64,000 bases of DNA from Styela clava (taxonomy: Eukaryota): assembly GCF_964204865.1 (NCBI RefSeq), contig NC_135250.1:9238001-9302000 (forward strand), in the 5' to 3' direction. The notes under the pieces were generated by a model. That model was not told where the DNA came from, searched no databases, and was given only the letters and a program-made list of their open reading frames with translations. Below are positions 24,028-37,800 of the stretch, piece after piece (position 1 is the stretch's first letter; each line of letters opens with the position of its first letter). The position numbers and the translations under genes are program-made.

Positions 24028-27000
24028 TCATAGGGCACTTTCATTGAGTGGTACTCCTTCTGGTCCTTCTTTAGGTTTCTTCCCATCGACTTCATCAAGA
24101 TGCCTTGTACTCTTCTTGACATATGCCTTGAAAAGAAATACGTAGAATTAAATATTATTTTATGCAAAGCTTACATCTATGGTCATGGTCAAGTATTGTT
24201 ATTTATATGACCAATACTAAATATAATGCACATTGCACACAAATAAGCTTTTTGTGTTTTGAAAGACATTTCAAAAACAAGCTTATTCATATAGCGTACT
24301 ACATCCTCTTGTCCAGTTACCAGTCCATGCCGAGTATGTAATTAGTTATCCAGATATTTATTTCAGATGCATGGACTTGATGGTGGAGGAAGCTGTAACT
24401 GACCAGTGGTTATGTGAACCACCCTACGATTACAAGGAGTTCAATAATCTTTACTTCTGTATGAGTGCTCGTAACTTTGCCCAGAGATGAGTTATCTTTA
24501 GTTGTGAGTGAGTGTCCATAACTTTGCTAAGGGATGAGTTTTCTTTACTTGTGAGTGAGTGTTCGTAACTTTGTTCAGAGATGAGTCTCTTTTACTTGTG
24601 AGTGAGTGTTCGTAACTTTGTTCAGAGATGGGTTTCTTTTACTTGTGAGTGAGTGTCCGCAACTTTGTTCGGAGATGAGTCTCTTTTACTTCTGAGTGAG
24701 TTTGTAATCCCCTGCGTATAATTATTCCTGCAGGAAGAGCTAACAAACAGACTAGAAAAAACATTCCTACTCTTGGCTTGGCAATCTTGTATTATATGAT
24801 CTTGAATTCATTGATGCAAAAGTAAGAAAAAAAAGTATTTGGTACTGCAGAACCCCAAATCTAAATGACATACCATCAGTGATTTAGACATAAAATATTC
24901 TCGTCCAGGCGTCCCATCATTGACTCTGCAATCTTCACAGAAACATAACAACAGCGTATCAATTGCCATCTCATAGATAGAAAGGAAACAATGTGCAATG
25001 AGATACGCAAATATGGCAACAATGCCGACAGGTGCAGCAATGTAAGTCAGATTGGGATGAAACCGCATCACAACGACGCCACCGATACCCGCTGTAATAG
25101 CCACGACCAATAGTTTTCCTAGAATGAAACACACAATATAACAATCAATTAAATTTACAATTTGTACAATACAATAAATTAAATACAATATTCAATATGA
25201 TCCATGAAAAAGTCCATAAATTTTTATTCCTTTTCATAAGAGATTTCGGTGCGCAATAAAAAAATTCAAATCTGATAGTAGTAATAGGGCAAAAATATGA
25301 AACACTCAAAAATATAAGGCAATTATAAAGACTATATACTTTGTGGATAAATCAACTTTAATAATATAACATAATGATGAAAAAGAATAAAATATAAATA
25401 TTGTAACGAATTTCTAAAAAAAAACATTGAATAGAATATCATTATTGCTATCCAAAAAAGACACCAAACAACAAAATTGCCAACGAAAATCTCGACTTGG
25501 CAGAATTTTGCATGCAATTATCATGAGAACACATTTACCAAGAAATAAGATGAAAGTTCCAACAGAATTGATTGCGATAACACGAAGTGCATTTGACATC
25601 AATGTAGCCACGGCATCACATGCTGATTTACAGAAGTGTGTTCCATTGACTGCAACCAAAGTGTAGGCATTCTAAACGAACATGTTGTCGCAAAGTGATG
25701 ATTATCATGAAAGTTTCTACTAATAATATTTAATTATATTTTTGATCGCAGATGAGTTACATTTTGCTTTGAAGAACTACGTGAGAGCTGTAAACGTAAT
25801 AAGCTTGGGGTACGTTCAGCACATCTTTTGCTCCTAAAAATGTCCTATAAATGCAGTCACTGATACCTCACAATAGATAGGAAGTTATTCTTATTAATGA
25901 AGATAAGTTTAGGCTGTGTCACATGATCTCATGCATGAACAACTTGAAAGAAGATACAAGGCATGAAACAATGTGTACAGCTCTTTGTGAAGCAGAATAT
26001 AATAAAGTATGCAGTAGTATGTCCAGCATTTTTTAAAATGAAATTTTTATATTTAACTCGAAGCAGGTCGGCTGACATTAGTTAGGTGTGTAGTCAATCG
26101 AAGGCCCTTGACCTACTATAATACATAACTACACTCTTCCTACATGGTTTTCCTGCGAAATAAGACCTAATTTTCATATATCATGATAACATACTCACAT
26201 AATTTAAATATTTCAGACATCTTTCAAATACATAGAGGCAGCAGATGCACATCTTCAACAAAACTTTAGCACACATGTTCTCCTGCAATAAAACATAAGT
26301 TAATCAATGATATTAATATTAATCAATATTCCATTTGTGAATCATATATCCAATAATTTAACCGAAGTTATTAAACATTTATGCAGAAGTGGTGAAACAA
26401 TTCTACAAGTGAAATTGACATTTGAAGACATCAAAAAAATTCTACTTCAAGAACTAAAACAATAATAATAATTTTTTAAAAATTTTACTGTTAAAAAAAC
26501 ATACTTTTCATCACGAAAATTTGGCAAATATCACGATTTCATTTCTGAATTAGGATTTATTTAATATATTCAAAATCGAAATTAATTGCAGAGAAAAAAC
26601 TTCAAACACCAAAGTGTTTAAATAACAGTATTTTAAAAGTATTGTATAAAATAGCTCTTAAATTTCAGTAGTGGCCCAAAACTTTTCTCGGAGATGAGTT
26701 TCCTTAATTTGAGTGAGTAAATGTGACCTTGCTTTGAGAAAACTCTCTCAAAAACGTACATATGATTGAAATTCCAGTGGTAATCCACATCTTTGCTGAT
26801 AGAAGACCCCCCTTACTTTTGAGTGAATGTGTATCACCTCGCTTTGAGAAAACTTTTTTGAAAAGATCAAGATATGTCTATTTAATAATATCATGTTTCT
26901 TAACTAGGCATCCATCAAATGAATAATTTCATTTTTATCATTTTCAAAAATTATTATAAAGAACATGAATTAAAACTCACAGAGCCACTCAATTGCGAGT

Positions 27001-30000
27001 GAATGTACATCAGAATGCATCTTGGAATTTTCACCAACGTTATTATGAATGATCCGAGAGCACAAGATCCAAGATGATTGGATATCAATCTTCCAATGGA
27101 CGATAAAATTGGATCACCAAGTTGTGACTTGTTTCTGAAAAACAAAATTCATTGATGGTAAAATAGATTCACCTTATTTTTTGACTATAAAGTAAAAATC
27201 TTTCAGTCATGCTTGGCCAATATGATATATGCCTACCAATCCAAATTAATCCTATTTCATAGTAGATCGAACATAATACATTTCTGATTTAAATAAACCC
27301 AGTATCATGGAAGTTATAGATCAGTGCACAGCATAATGATAATGTAGCTGTTTATTATATAGGAACAAATATATTGTTCAAATATCTCAAAATAAGCTAT
27401 CTTTAATTTTCCTATTATCTAACATTCTTCCATTATAACCAGTTAAACCAAACTACCAGGTGTAGCATAATGATTTAGAATAAGAAAAAAAGATTTCTTT
27501 AACAGTTTATGCACCGACATTTTTAAAAAAATTAAACGAAAATTAAAATAAAAAACGACGTCAAAATCAAGCAACAGGGAATATTGTCCTTTTTTAGCAG
27601 TGATACGTTGCATAAAGAAAAGAAAACTCATTTCCTACCTCGTAAAATAGTACGTTGCAATTGACCCGGCGATTGTCATCTGCTGACAAGCAAGTATAAA
27701 TTCACTGATCCAAATCAAACCAACCAAATGATACCACCAACTATATCTAATTAAGGATGTTTCATTGTATTTCACCCAACCAGTGTGTGGGTCTTCAAGA
27801 TATGGTTCCCCTGTAAGTGCATAATAAAATCTGTAGTTATTTTGACGCATTTTGAAGCATAGGCCTTGCTTCAGATGTCAAATCTGAATTAGGATAATAG
27901 TATTGAGTGAATTAATCTTGAGTTCAATCCCCATTTTCACTAACTCATTCTCAAAAAACTAGAAATCGTCTGGAGCAAAATTTTTTGAAAATAGTACCAT
28001 GTTAGAATATGGGGAATTAAAATGCAGGTCGTTAAGTGATAGTAATACTCAGATATAAAGACGCAAAGGTTAAACCACCACTGTAGGTCTTTCGTTGGCA
28101 AGAATATGTAGCCAAAAAATTAGAAGCTGGCACATTTTCTTAAAATCTACAAAATGTAGGGTAAAACAATGAAATTTTGAAAATAACTTTTTGGGCGCTC
28201 CGGAAATATTCATACCGAGATGACGCACAACCTGAACAACCCTAACCTGGTACACATACTATGTTCAGGTTGTGCACCATCTTGGTACGAATACTTCGGG
28301 AGCACCACTTTTTATTTTTAACTACTGAAATTTTTTAGAATGATCAGACCATATGAAAAGATGCTTTCATTGACCAGATACCTCAAATATGAAATTATTT
28401 ATACGAGCTCGAACTTCAGCCTCTCCAAACCTCTGCATTTCTTTTACAGAGAAAAAAATTTCAACAAAAAATCCAACCTGATGTAGCCAGGAATGCAAAA
28501 ATGACAACCCAACACATCCAAAACAACAAAAGAATGATGAACGTCCAAAATGGTTGCATTAAAAGACATGGAAGTCGTGTCATGCACTTTCCAGCCTCGT
28601 AGAACAAATCAACTGTTATTGCAACCCGTTTTCTCATCACAAGGATTAAAAGAAGTAAAAAAACCTGAAAATATTGAAAAAAGAAAAGAATTTTTTAGAA
28701 AAGTTTGAAAACAAAGAATACTGGAAAGCATGTAAATCAAAATAATATAGTGAGTGTTCATTCAAAAGAGGATTCAGTAGCTTTTATATACCCTGGCTTA
28801 TTGTACAGAGCGTTGTATAAAAAACAAGGGAGCAACGCTCAAATATATGGGAATGCAGTGGTATAGGTATGCAATCTGTCACAATAGCCTACCGTTACTG
28901 TATCACAGCATATTTGAACTTTCAAATGTGGAACCGCCACAAAGAGTGCAATTTTTAATTTTGATGACATCATCGCACACAGAAAACGAGGTCCACAGAT
29001 GCGACAGAAATTTTTGAAATATATACAGGGTGTCCAAAAAGTTTCGCCCGATTTTATGGTAATAACAAATGTAATATTATCATAAAATCGGGCAAAACTT
29101 TTTGGGCACTCTGTATAAGTAATAGCCTTCTACTGAAAAATCCAATCTTTAACCACTGAAAATTGTTACAAGTAGTTAATGAGAAAAGCAATTTTTTTAC
29201 AAGAAAAGAAATACTAACATGATGATCAACAAGAACAAAATAACAACGATTCATAGGTGCACTTTGCGTCCAATAAATGTCCCAGAGATCACAAATCATA
29301 TGAATTCAATGCAAAATAAATTCGTAATTTTTCAAACATTTGCGGTTTAAACCCTTGATTATACCTAAACTCATTTGAACTTAAATTCCATGTTGGATTC
29401 CAAGTATCAAGGACTTACTGTAAGGACAGTTGCGGCAATAGCATACCACAGAAAAGCTTGCGAGTTGTTGGCTTCATTGAGTTTAATATTTAATTCTTCA
29501 ATGCCTTGGGGAGAAGCATATGTCCACCACAATAAAACAGTGCCGCCTGAAAAAAATATGAAATGAATAGTTATTATTAATTAGGAGCTTTGGAGTAGAA
29601 AAAATTTACAATCGATTCGGACTTGAGAAAAATTTTGAGTCAAAGTCTGGGTTCTGACTCAAGAGTCAAGATTGATTAAAAATTCGACTAAGAACTCGGA
29701 ATTCCGAATTTTCACTTTGATTAGAAATCTGAAATTGAAACTCAGATAAAATAAGTTGAACTTTATTAAGTTGAACTTTTTACGCATAAGTGCGTATAGT
29801 ATTTAATAAAATCATACCTATTGATGCAACGCAGACAAGTACCAGAATGATATAAACAACGATACTTGCAACATATCTTATCAATATCACCATGATGAAT
29901 GCAACCACTGGAAAAGAACAAACAATAAGTTAAAGACTGCACACTCGTGGAAATAAAATTTACATTCAAAGTTTACATTGAAGATACAAATCTGAGAGCA

Positions 30001-33000
30001 GTGGGAGAGGAAAGCTGCTTAAACAGATTAGCCATATAACGAACATGCTGTCACATCATTTGATGTTGAAACGTTTTGCTAACACCCGTTGTGCTTCATT
30101 TATTATCAACATGCTGTCGTTCTGTTACCAGTTTATGCGGTGTGGAAACCAGTTTTTGGTTTAGATGCACGGACTTGAAGGTAGAGGAAGTCAAGCAATC
30201 CTCTCGCACATAACTAACCCCGATATGATTGAAACCTGCGATTGAGAACACACACAGGAGTGAGTTCCACAAGTAATTAAAAAGGCGTTCATGGCGTTCA
30301 ACGTTCCGTTTTGGTTGATACCGATTAACAAAAACAATTGTAGTTTTTAAATGAAGTGTATTAGTGTCAAAATAGATAGAATAGATATAGAATATCCATG
30401 TAAGCATCTTGGATACAAATTTGATATCACAGAGAATGCATACTTACATACAGCCAAAAAGCAAAGTCCTATAATGGCATATCGACTCATGTAAATATCT
30501 CTCAATACAAGGCTGATGAAATCAACGTTATATACAATTTTGACAAGATCGGACAAAAAGTCTGGTAGATCGTCAGGTACACATCGAAATAATACAGATG
30601 AGCTAAAATATAATGATATTTATTTTAATTACACAAAAGGTAGGAATTTTGTGAATATTTACTGAACACTCAATGAAACAAATTTAACTGGGTAAAAAAT
30701 GAATAGAAATATGTAAATATCAGCTAATGTGTGGGAAAACATGATTCCATTTGAGGTCGGTTATTCGGGGGTGCACACACCCAAATGTGTAAGAGAATGC
30801 GAAATTGTTAAATTTGGTTAATAAAAAAGGGATAAATTTACCCCTGTTCTAAAAAGATAGGGAGTAGAGGAGTGAATATATGTTTACAAGAAGCAGTTTA
30901 AAAATATGAGCAAACATAATACAGACCATAAAGTCCCTTTATAATTTTAATTTTGTTAGTTCTTAATATATCTTAACCAGATTAGTAGTTTTTTAATCAT
31001 TAATTGTCCAAGTATTTTTACTTCATTTAATACATCTGTGAGGGCTAAAACAATATATGGTATTGATAAATTCCCTCCTTAAGTTTAAAACTTTCTGAAC
31101 GACCTACGGTATATAACTTGTCCAAAATGGAATGGTTCAATTTATTGGGCGCAAGTATTTCCCAGAAGGCTATTATTTTATTCTTTAAATAAATTCTACA
31201 CTCCCTGGGCTGTTCTCACTACAAATTTTTCTGCAGTCACACAAAGAAACTTTTAGAAGAGGAAATTTTACCTAGGACGAACTGGTAGAACAGGACATGG
31301 ACCATACTTAGACGAAGCTTGTGAATGATACTGATCTGGATCAACTTGATAGTCACATAGCTGACTCCCTGTATCATCAAAGAATTTCTTGACATCCTTG
31401 AAAACAAAATGAAAATGCAATTTTCAAAAAATTATTCTAAAGTAATTAGCAAGAGAGCAATGCACAAATAGCCTCAATGGCGGTACTGTAGTTTCACTGA
31501 TATTGTTCAGTTATTTAGTATTATTATAATAAATACTATACTACATAATATACTATTCAAAGTGTGCAAAAAAGTCATCATTCAAGCTGTGTGTAACGTT
31601 AGCTAAAGATCTTCAAAAGAGGAAAAGAAGGAATTTAACTACTTTAGGGAATATTAGTAAATATAATAATAGCCTCCATCTTCAACTGTTAATAAACTAT
31701 TATTAATAATAACCCTGCAGGAGTTCGCAGGTTCGAATCCTTTTGAGGATAATTGTGAGCTCCTCGCCGCCGTAAGGTAGTTCACTGCTGGTCGGTTACG
31801 GCTTCCTCCACCATCAAGTCCACACATTTAAAACAATAACTGGCAAACTACCGTAATCCCATAACCGACATTGACTGGTGACCGGACGAGTGGCCCTGGT
31901 TAGCCATATGATTAAGGCTTGACGGCTTACGACTTCCCGGGATAATAAATATGTAAATCCTAAATCAACTAGCCTTTCTTTACATACTATAGCAATCTTA
32001 TGCAAATGAGAAAATATACGAATGTCAATAATTTTGTTATATATTATATAAGAGATGGAAACAAATTATTTGGATTGTCAAGTAGGTCCCAACCTGCATT
32101 GTCTCCAATTCTCTGTCCGGACATTTTTCAACACAAATCTCTAATGATGTCGGAGGATCCATTACGTCCATGAAGAAGACATATCTAAAAAAAATCGAGA
32201 TTATATGGATGTATCTGTGAGCATCGGCCAATCAATAAGACAGAAAAAGTGACGTAACAATAGACGTTTTAGCAGCTGCTTAGACGCTTCTGTCACTGGG
32301 ACAAATTTTTAGGCATGGTTTGTCTTGTAAACGTTACCTGGTTTTCACTGTTTTGCATGTTATTTGTTAGTTTTTATTAGTATATCGTAATTTAGGTATG
32401 AATCAAATAATTCAATGACCATTTCATTTTCCTAGGAGTTTTAGTTTAATTGCAGTAATCAAATATTAATCTAGAAATGCTTAATTTTTCTACTGGTACT
32501 TTTGTATGACAGATTGATGAATGTTTTGAATTAAAAAATATTAAAAAGTGTATCAAAGTAATCTTCTTACTTTTTTCCTCGTAGGTCCAGACCAGATTTA
32601 TCAGAATTGACAATTTTTTTATTAACTTGGTTACATATATTTCCGTAACTGTCATAACCGTTAATAAGACGTGAGGCTGCTCCACTTGCAATGGAAAACG
32701 CAGCAATTAAGATCTGTAGAAAATAAAAATAAACTAAATATCCTCGTCCAAACCTCATGTTCACCAAAATACACAGTTAAATAAGTTTAAATTAGGTGTA
32801 CTATAGCGAGATTCTAGCAATTTAAAAAACACTATAGCTCTCTGTCTAACAGTGTCTGTTTGCCGACAGCTATAAATGCACCCAACATTCTGAGTTAAAA
32901 ACTATTTAAAAATATATTATAATGGACAAAGTATATAGGCTACTACATTTTCAAACTAAGAAGAACAAAATTATGAGAAAAACTAAGAGACACTATCTTT

Positions 33001-33325
33001 CAGTTTTCTTTCTGGGATAAATATCATCTACAAATGAGTATAATTTCGCTATATTCCCAATTATGCAATTTGCACAAATTTGTTTCGTAAATACCAATAT
33101 TTCCAAAATTGTCCTAAATCAGAGAGAAAAAAGCAACACAAACTAAACAAATATGAAAAAAAAGTTGATGAAAATGTTTTAAATATTTACCATTCCAACA
33201 AAAAATATGACGAAAAATGTGAGAGGAACAATGTCAGTACACGTTCTTTTTTCAAGAGGTTCCCATTTTGAAGGTTTTGGTGGTGGCTTGCCTCCTGATC
33301 TAGCCGCACTATAGCAACAACCCAT
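24028..33325 (-). CDS. SLC44A1: Choline transporter-like protein 1 (CTL1), 646 aa
   Basis: 14 exons (1941 nt): 33191-33325, 32571-32713, 32094-32184, 31272-31396, 30448-30602, 29818-29907, 29419-29546, 28478-28664, 27639-27810, 26981-27134, 26199-26282, 25539-25671, 24874-25118, 24028-24126. Starts [16 protein letters not shown]. Contains [78 protein letters not shown] and [22 protein letters not shown], all typical of SLC44A1. Confidence 0.95.
24449..24700. repeat. 47-bp minisatellite, about 5.5 copies, inside a SINE in the last SLC44A1 intron
   Basis: Consensus TTTACTTGTGAGTGAGTGTTCGTAACTTTGTTCAGAGATGAGTCTCT, head-to-tail, with scattered substitutions. Confidence 0.9.
28194..28306. mobile_element. 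Internally deleted copy of the GG-ended MITE family
   Basis: GGCGCTCC...GGAGCACC termini; shares CCCTAACCTGGTACACATACTA with the 60-140 copy and nearly with 1773-2007; TSD ACTTTTTG/ACTTTTTA. Confidence 0.75.
29026..29113. mobile_element. 88-bp palindromic mariner-type MITE
   Basis: CAGGGTGTCCAAAAAGTTTCGCCCGATTTTATG...CATAAAATCGGGCAAAACTTTTTGGGCACTCTG flanked by TA. Confidence 0.8.
31716..31966 (+). mobile_element. tRNA-derived SINE (family A)
   Basis: Pol III B-box GGTTCGAATCC at 31730-31740; core GGTCGGTTACGGCTTCCTCCACCATCAAGTCC; tail ATATGTAAATCCTA. Homologous copies at about 24305-24740, 30170-30245, 34480-34700, 40115-40305 and 43505-43700. Confidence 0.75.
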
Positions 33326-34479
33326 TGTAAGTCTACTGCATTTAAACCAAATCAAAAATAAACTGTAAAATGATATAGAAGTTGATTAAGATAACCTTAT
33401 TGAGATAAAAATTTTTAAAACATTTTAATCCATTAATACCCAAATAATTAGAGGATGAGGGGACTTCAACTGTTCTAAGTTTTAATTGGCATTTGTTGGT
33501 ATGTAATGTAACATCATATATCAATAAATTTCAGTAGCCATTGGCATTTCAGTATTTGTCCATAAACTTGATCAGATATGAGTTTCATGCACTCTTGAGT
33601 GAGTACGCATGATCTTGCTCTGAGCATATTCGTGTAATAAAAATGGAAACATGCGATCACCAATTACCGTATACGGATTGCAGTCTGCAGGTTACAATAG
33701 TTAACAGTATTTTACAATCAGAGTCAATACATCAGAATCTATACTAATTATTAACATACCAATACAGGCTGGCAGTACCTATATGACTATCCATTCAAAG
33801 TCAATTTAAAATTTTTTTGAAATTGAACACTGAAAATAATAAATGAATTCAACATGGCTTTTTGTTAAACAGTGCAACATGATATCAACAGCCATATAAC
33901 GATATTGAAACCTTTGACATGTAATATACTTGAATGAAATGAAGACCAAACAGTCTTCAAATGTATAAACTATAAGATGGGATTGGCTTCAGGCTTCAAT
34001 ATTAAAATAAGAATGAACTAAAAAGTGTTTACTTGGCAAACAAAGACAGTCACACCTAAATTGACCGTAAAGGAGCTGCGTACACAAATATGTATCCATA
34101 TATATATATATAAAGAACCAATAGGATTTACTTGGGGATTGGACCATAACAAGCTAAGCAATAGCTGCGCTATATACCATTATAAGCAAGATAATCCCCC
34201 AATTTACTAAGGTTTTTCAGTAATCAGAGTTATGTTGAGGCCCGATTTTATAGCAGTAGAACAAACTTCATGTGAAATTTGAATGTGAGGAAAAACCTGG
34301 TATATTAGGGTATGCAGCGAAATGATAATATATAAAATAATCAGATCACAATCAAATGCAAAAAAAATCTCCGAATACTAAACTATTATATGGTATCTGC
34401 CAAGTGAGAAATTTAAAAAAAAAAAATTAGCAAAAACCAGAAACTGAATACTATACACTCTATACTTATCAACTTAGGA

Positions 34480-34700
34480 AGGTAGGATAAGATTTTCGGG
34501 AAAGAGATAAGTTGACCTAACAGTTCAATCATATGGCAAACCACGGTATTTTCGTCCAGTTACCAGCCCATGTTGGGTATGGGAATAGTTCACTAGTTGT
34601 TCCAGATGCATGGACTTGCAGTGGCTACATGAACCACCTTACGGTGGCAAAAAGTCAAGCAATCCTCTCACACATAATTATCCTCCACAGGATTCTTCCT
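34480..34700 (-). mobile_element. SINE family A copy between CCDC130 and SLC44A1
   Basis: CATATGGCAAACCACGG..GGGTATGGGAATAG..CAGATGCATGGACTTG..CACATAATTATCCTC is shared with the other copies. Confidence 0.65.
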
Positions 34701-34873
34701 GAGAAATATCATTGAAAAACCTTGGGAGAGATTCACTTAGTATACAGACAAGCAATATTAGGAAATTGTGCTCAATTTTGAGTACTCCAACAAAAAATAA
34801 TTTGTTATTTGAAATTTGGTATTTATAATTTGAAAAATAAATTGTTACAATTTTACCAACTTAGTATAATTTC

Positions 34874-37800
34874 TCATGAATCCCCGTCTTTGTTTGAAAC
34901 ATCACTATCAGAACTACTTTCAGAATCATAAGCTACAAGTGATTTTGACAAATTATCGTTTTTTAAATTATCTTCATTATTATTTTGTGTATTGCTACTT
35001 GGTAAAGATGTCTTATCCTCAAAAGAATTATTGTTTGAATTTGCTTTTTGAGCATTTCCAACTGAAGCTGGTTTTTGTAGAATTTCAGAAGATCTCTTTC
35101 GTGCTATTTTAATTCCAAGAGTTTTCAAAGGATCCGAATTTGAAATTGTTCTTTTCGCTGGCTTTGAAGTTGTGCTTATATCCCACAGATTGGGTTTTGC
35201 TATTGTTTTCATGAGAGCTGATCCTAATGATTTTGGTAACTTGGAAGTCACTTTCTTTGTCTCCATTACAGATGATGTGGACTCTAATACAGGTTTTGTT
35301 GAAATAATTTTTCTTGCCTCGTCTTGGCTTTGCTCCAATGCTAAAAAATGTAAAAGACGCAGTAAATAAATTTCCGCTAAGTCAATGACTCGACCAGAGT
35401 ACCATTTATGAAATACTCGAAGAGACTCAAGTCATTTCAACAAAAAACTAAACTGCCGAGGAGACCTGAGTTGCAACCTTCATTTTTTGAAAAAAAGTAC
35501 AATGTTGGTCAATGCCGTGTTACAAGAACTTGAAGAATAACCATGTTAATGCCAAGGTGCATGTTTTCAATACATAATTAAATACTAGTTTGATTTCAAA
35601 TTGAACTTAAAATGAGATGGTAGTTCGAGTGCTCAATGACTCATGTTTATCCATTTCTCTGTTGTTTATGATAACTCTTTTGAAATAACTCGAAGACCCA
35701 TTACTGGTCTAATACAAAATAAAAGTGATTTTCTTTCATATCTCGAATGATAGTATGTTGTTAATTTGAATACTTTGAGTTATGGTTTATTAACAACAGT
35801 AATTAAAGATAGGGCATAGCCCACACCAAGTATTTCCCCCTTGGTGAGGTGGTGGACATAAAACACTAACTTTTCAGCCACTGCCTTGACACAATAAATG
35901 AACAATCACATTATTAATTCTACTTAGTGTAAGAATGATAAAACAAAAATACTAAAAAATTTGATAAACTATAAATAATGAAAAACATACATTTCACAGT
36001 GTCATATTTCAGAAGCTTTGCCAAATTTTTGTCTTGCTCATTCTCAGGAAGAAGTTTGATGTCGAGAGATGATTTATCCAGAAGAGCTTGATCTTGTTTT
36101 GCAGTTGCTTCCAATGACTAAAATAAATATATCTTTCATACAAAGATAAACAATAGAAAACCAGGGGTGTACAGTCAGAAAAAGGTACACCTGACAAATA
36201 TTTAGCCCAGTGGTTCTCAAACGATGGGGCGCGCCCCACAAGGGGGACGTGAACAATTTTTTGAGGGGATGAGAAGCTAATGAAAAACATGAATATTTGT
36301 TAGATTTGATCTTGCCTGCTTTATTTTGGATATTTCCGTTCCATCCACGTATATTTTGAATAAAACAAACAAAATAAACATTGTAAGTTATTGTTAGCTA
36401 GATATATTTGGGGGGTGAGACTTGACAAATTCTAAAGTTAGGAAGTTTGAGAACAATTGATTTCGTCTATGACCTCAACTCCGGGCAGAAAGAAATTCTG
36501 ACTCCTGACTCCAGAAAACCAAATTTTAACAAAGAAACCTAGTGCAAGCATTCTCCTAAACTAAATGTATGTTGACAATGACAAGGCTTAGTCAACTTGA
36601 TGCCATTAAACTACTCCTAAGAATTGAAATGCTGAATTGGCTCAGAGAGTTTAAAAAAAGTAGAATCTTTAATTTAACAACTAATAGAGTGTGCAAAGAG
36701 AAATCGACAAAATACTTTTTAATTTTAAGTAGAAAAGTAGAAAATATGTACCTTTTTCTTGTCACGAAACTTTTTCCTCAATACTTTATTGAGTATATAA
36801 TCATCCCTTTTTTCCTCTTGTATATCTTGAATTTCTCCGAGTGTTGGTATAGCATTGATTAACTTTTTCTGATCCTTCACATTGTGTTCAAGTTTGAACA
36901 TAGCATCTGTGGCTAGTTTCTTTTTATCCAAATGATCTGTAATAAATAACAGAAAAAATTATTAAAACAAGGATACATAGCTAAGATACAATTGTTATCA
37001 GAAGGTAAGAAAACAAGGCCCAAATATATGGACCTGTGGCCTAAACTGAAATCTGCTTTAAATCAAAATTGATTCGCATGGCTACGAGTGAGGCCTTGTT
37101 CGAATAAAGTGTTTGTCAAAAGATGGTGGACTAGGTTAATGGAATGCCCCAATATACATGAAAGTTGGGGTGTAATACCACTTCCCATAAACTCTGAAAA
37201 TAACCAACAAAGTAAATAAAAGTAATAGCCTATTCTCTTTATTGAGTGATGAGAACACAGTTTCAATTTATTGAAGGCTGCAAAAAGTCTGGCGAAAACC
37301 TATAAGCAGTCTGAAGGCAAACTTTTGCACCCTGCTGAATGAAGTAATACAAGTAGGCTACCTACCTGTCATTTCAATTTGTTCATTATCTTTTGCATTC
37401 CATCGTTCTTCTTTCCGTCTTGCACCACTCAAGATAACATATTCACAATTTGCTGGGTCTGTTTGAATTTCAAAGTATTGAGGACAAAGATGGCATTTCA
37501 TTTTGAATTTGTAAACAGGTGTAGTATAGTAATTTCCAACCTTAAAAAACACAATTTAATAAAGTAAGTTTGATTAAATACACTAAAACTTTCAGCCATA
37601 GAAGTTTATTGGCTGGAAGCTATCATTCGATCACTGTCAGTGTACACTCTATAGCAGGGGTGCACAACACGAGGCACGCGTACCAAATTTGGCACGTTAA
37701 ATTGATTCAATAAAAAGATATTCGTTATTATGTATTGTTATTGCAATTTGTTTGTTTTACAGGAGTTAATTTACAATACCACAATTGTGCGTGGCACCCG

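Noticed and set aside
24449-24700. CRISPR-like regular array
   Set aside because: Units are contiguous with no unique spacers, there are no cas genes, and it lies in a eukaryotic intron; it is a minisatellite.
31722-31745. tRNA gene suggested by GGTTCGAATCC
   Set aside because: No A-box or cloverleaf; it is the head of a multi-copy SINE.
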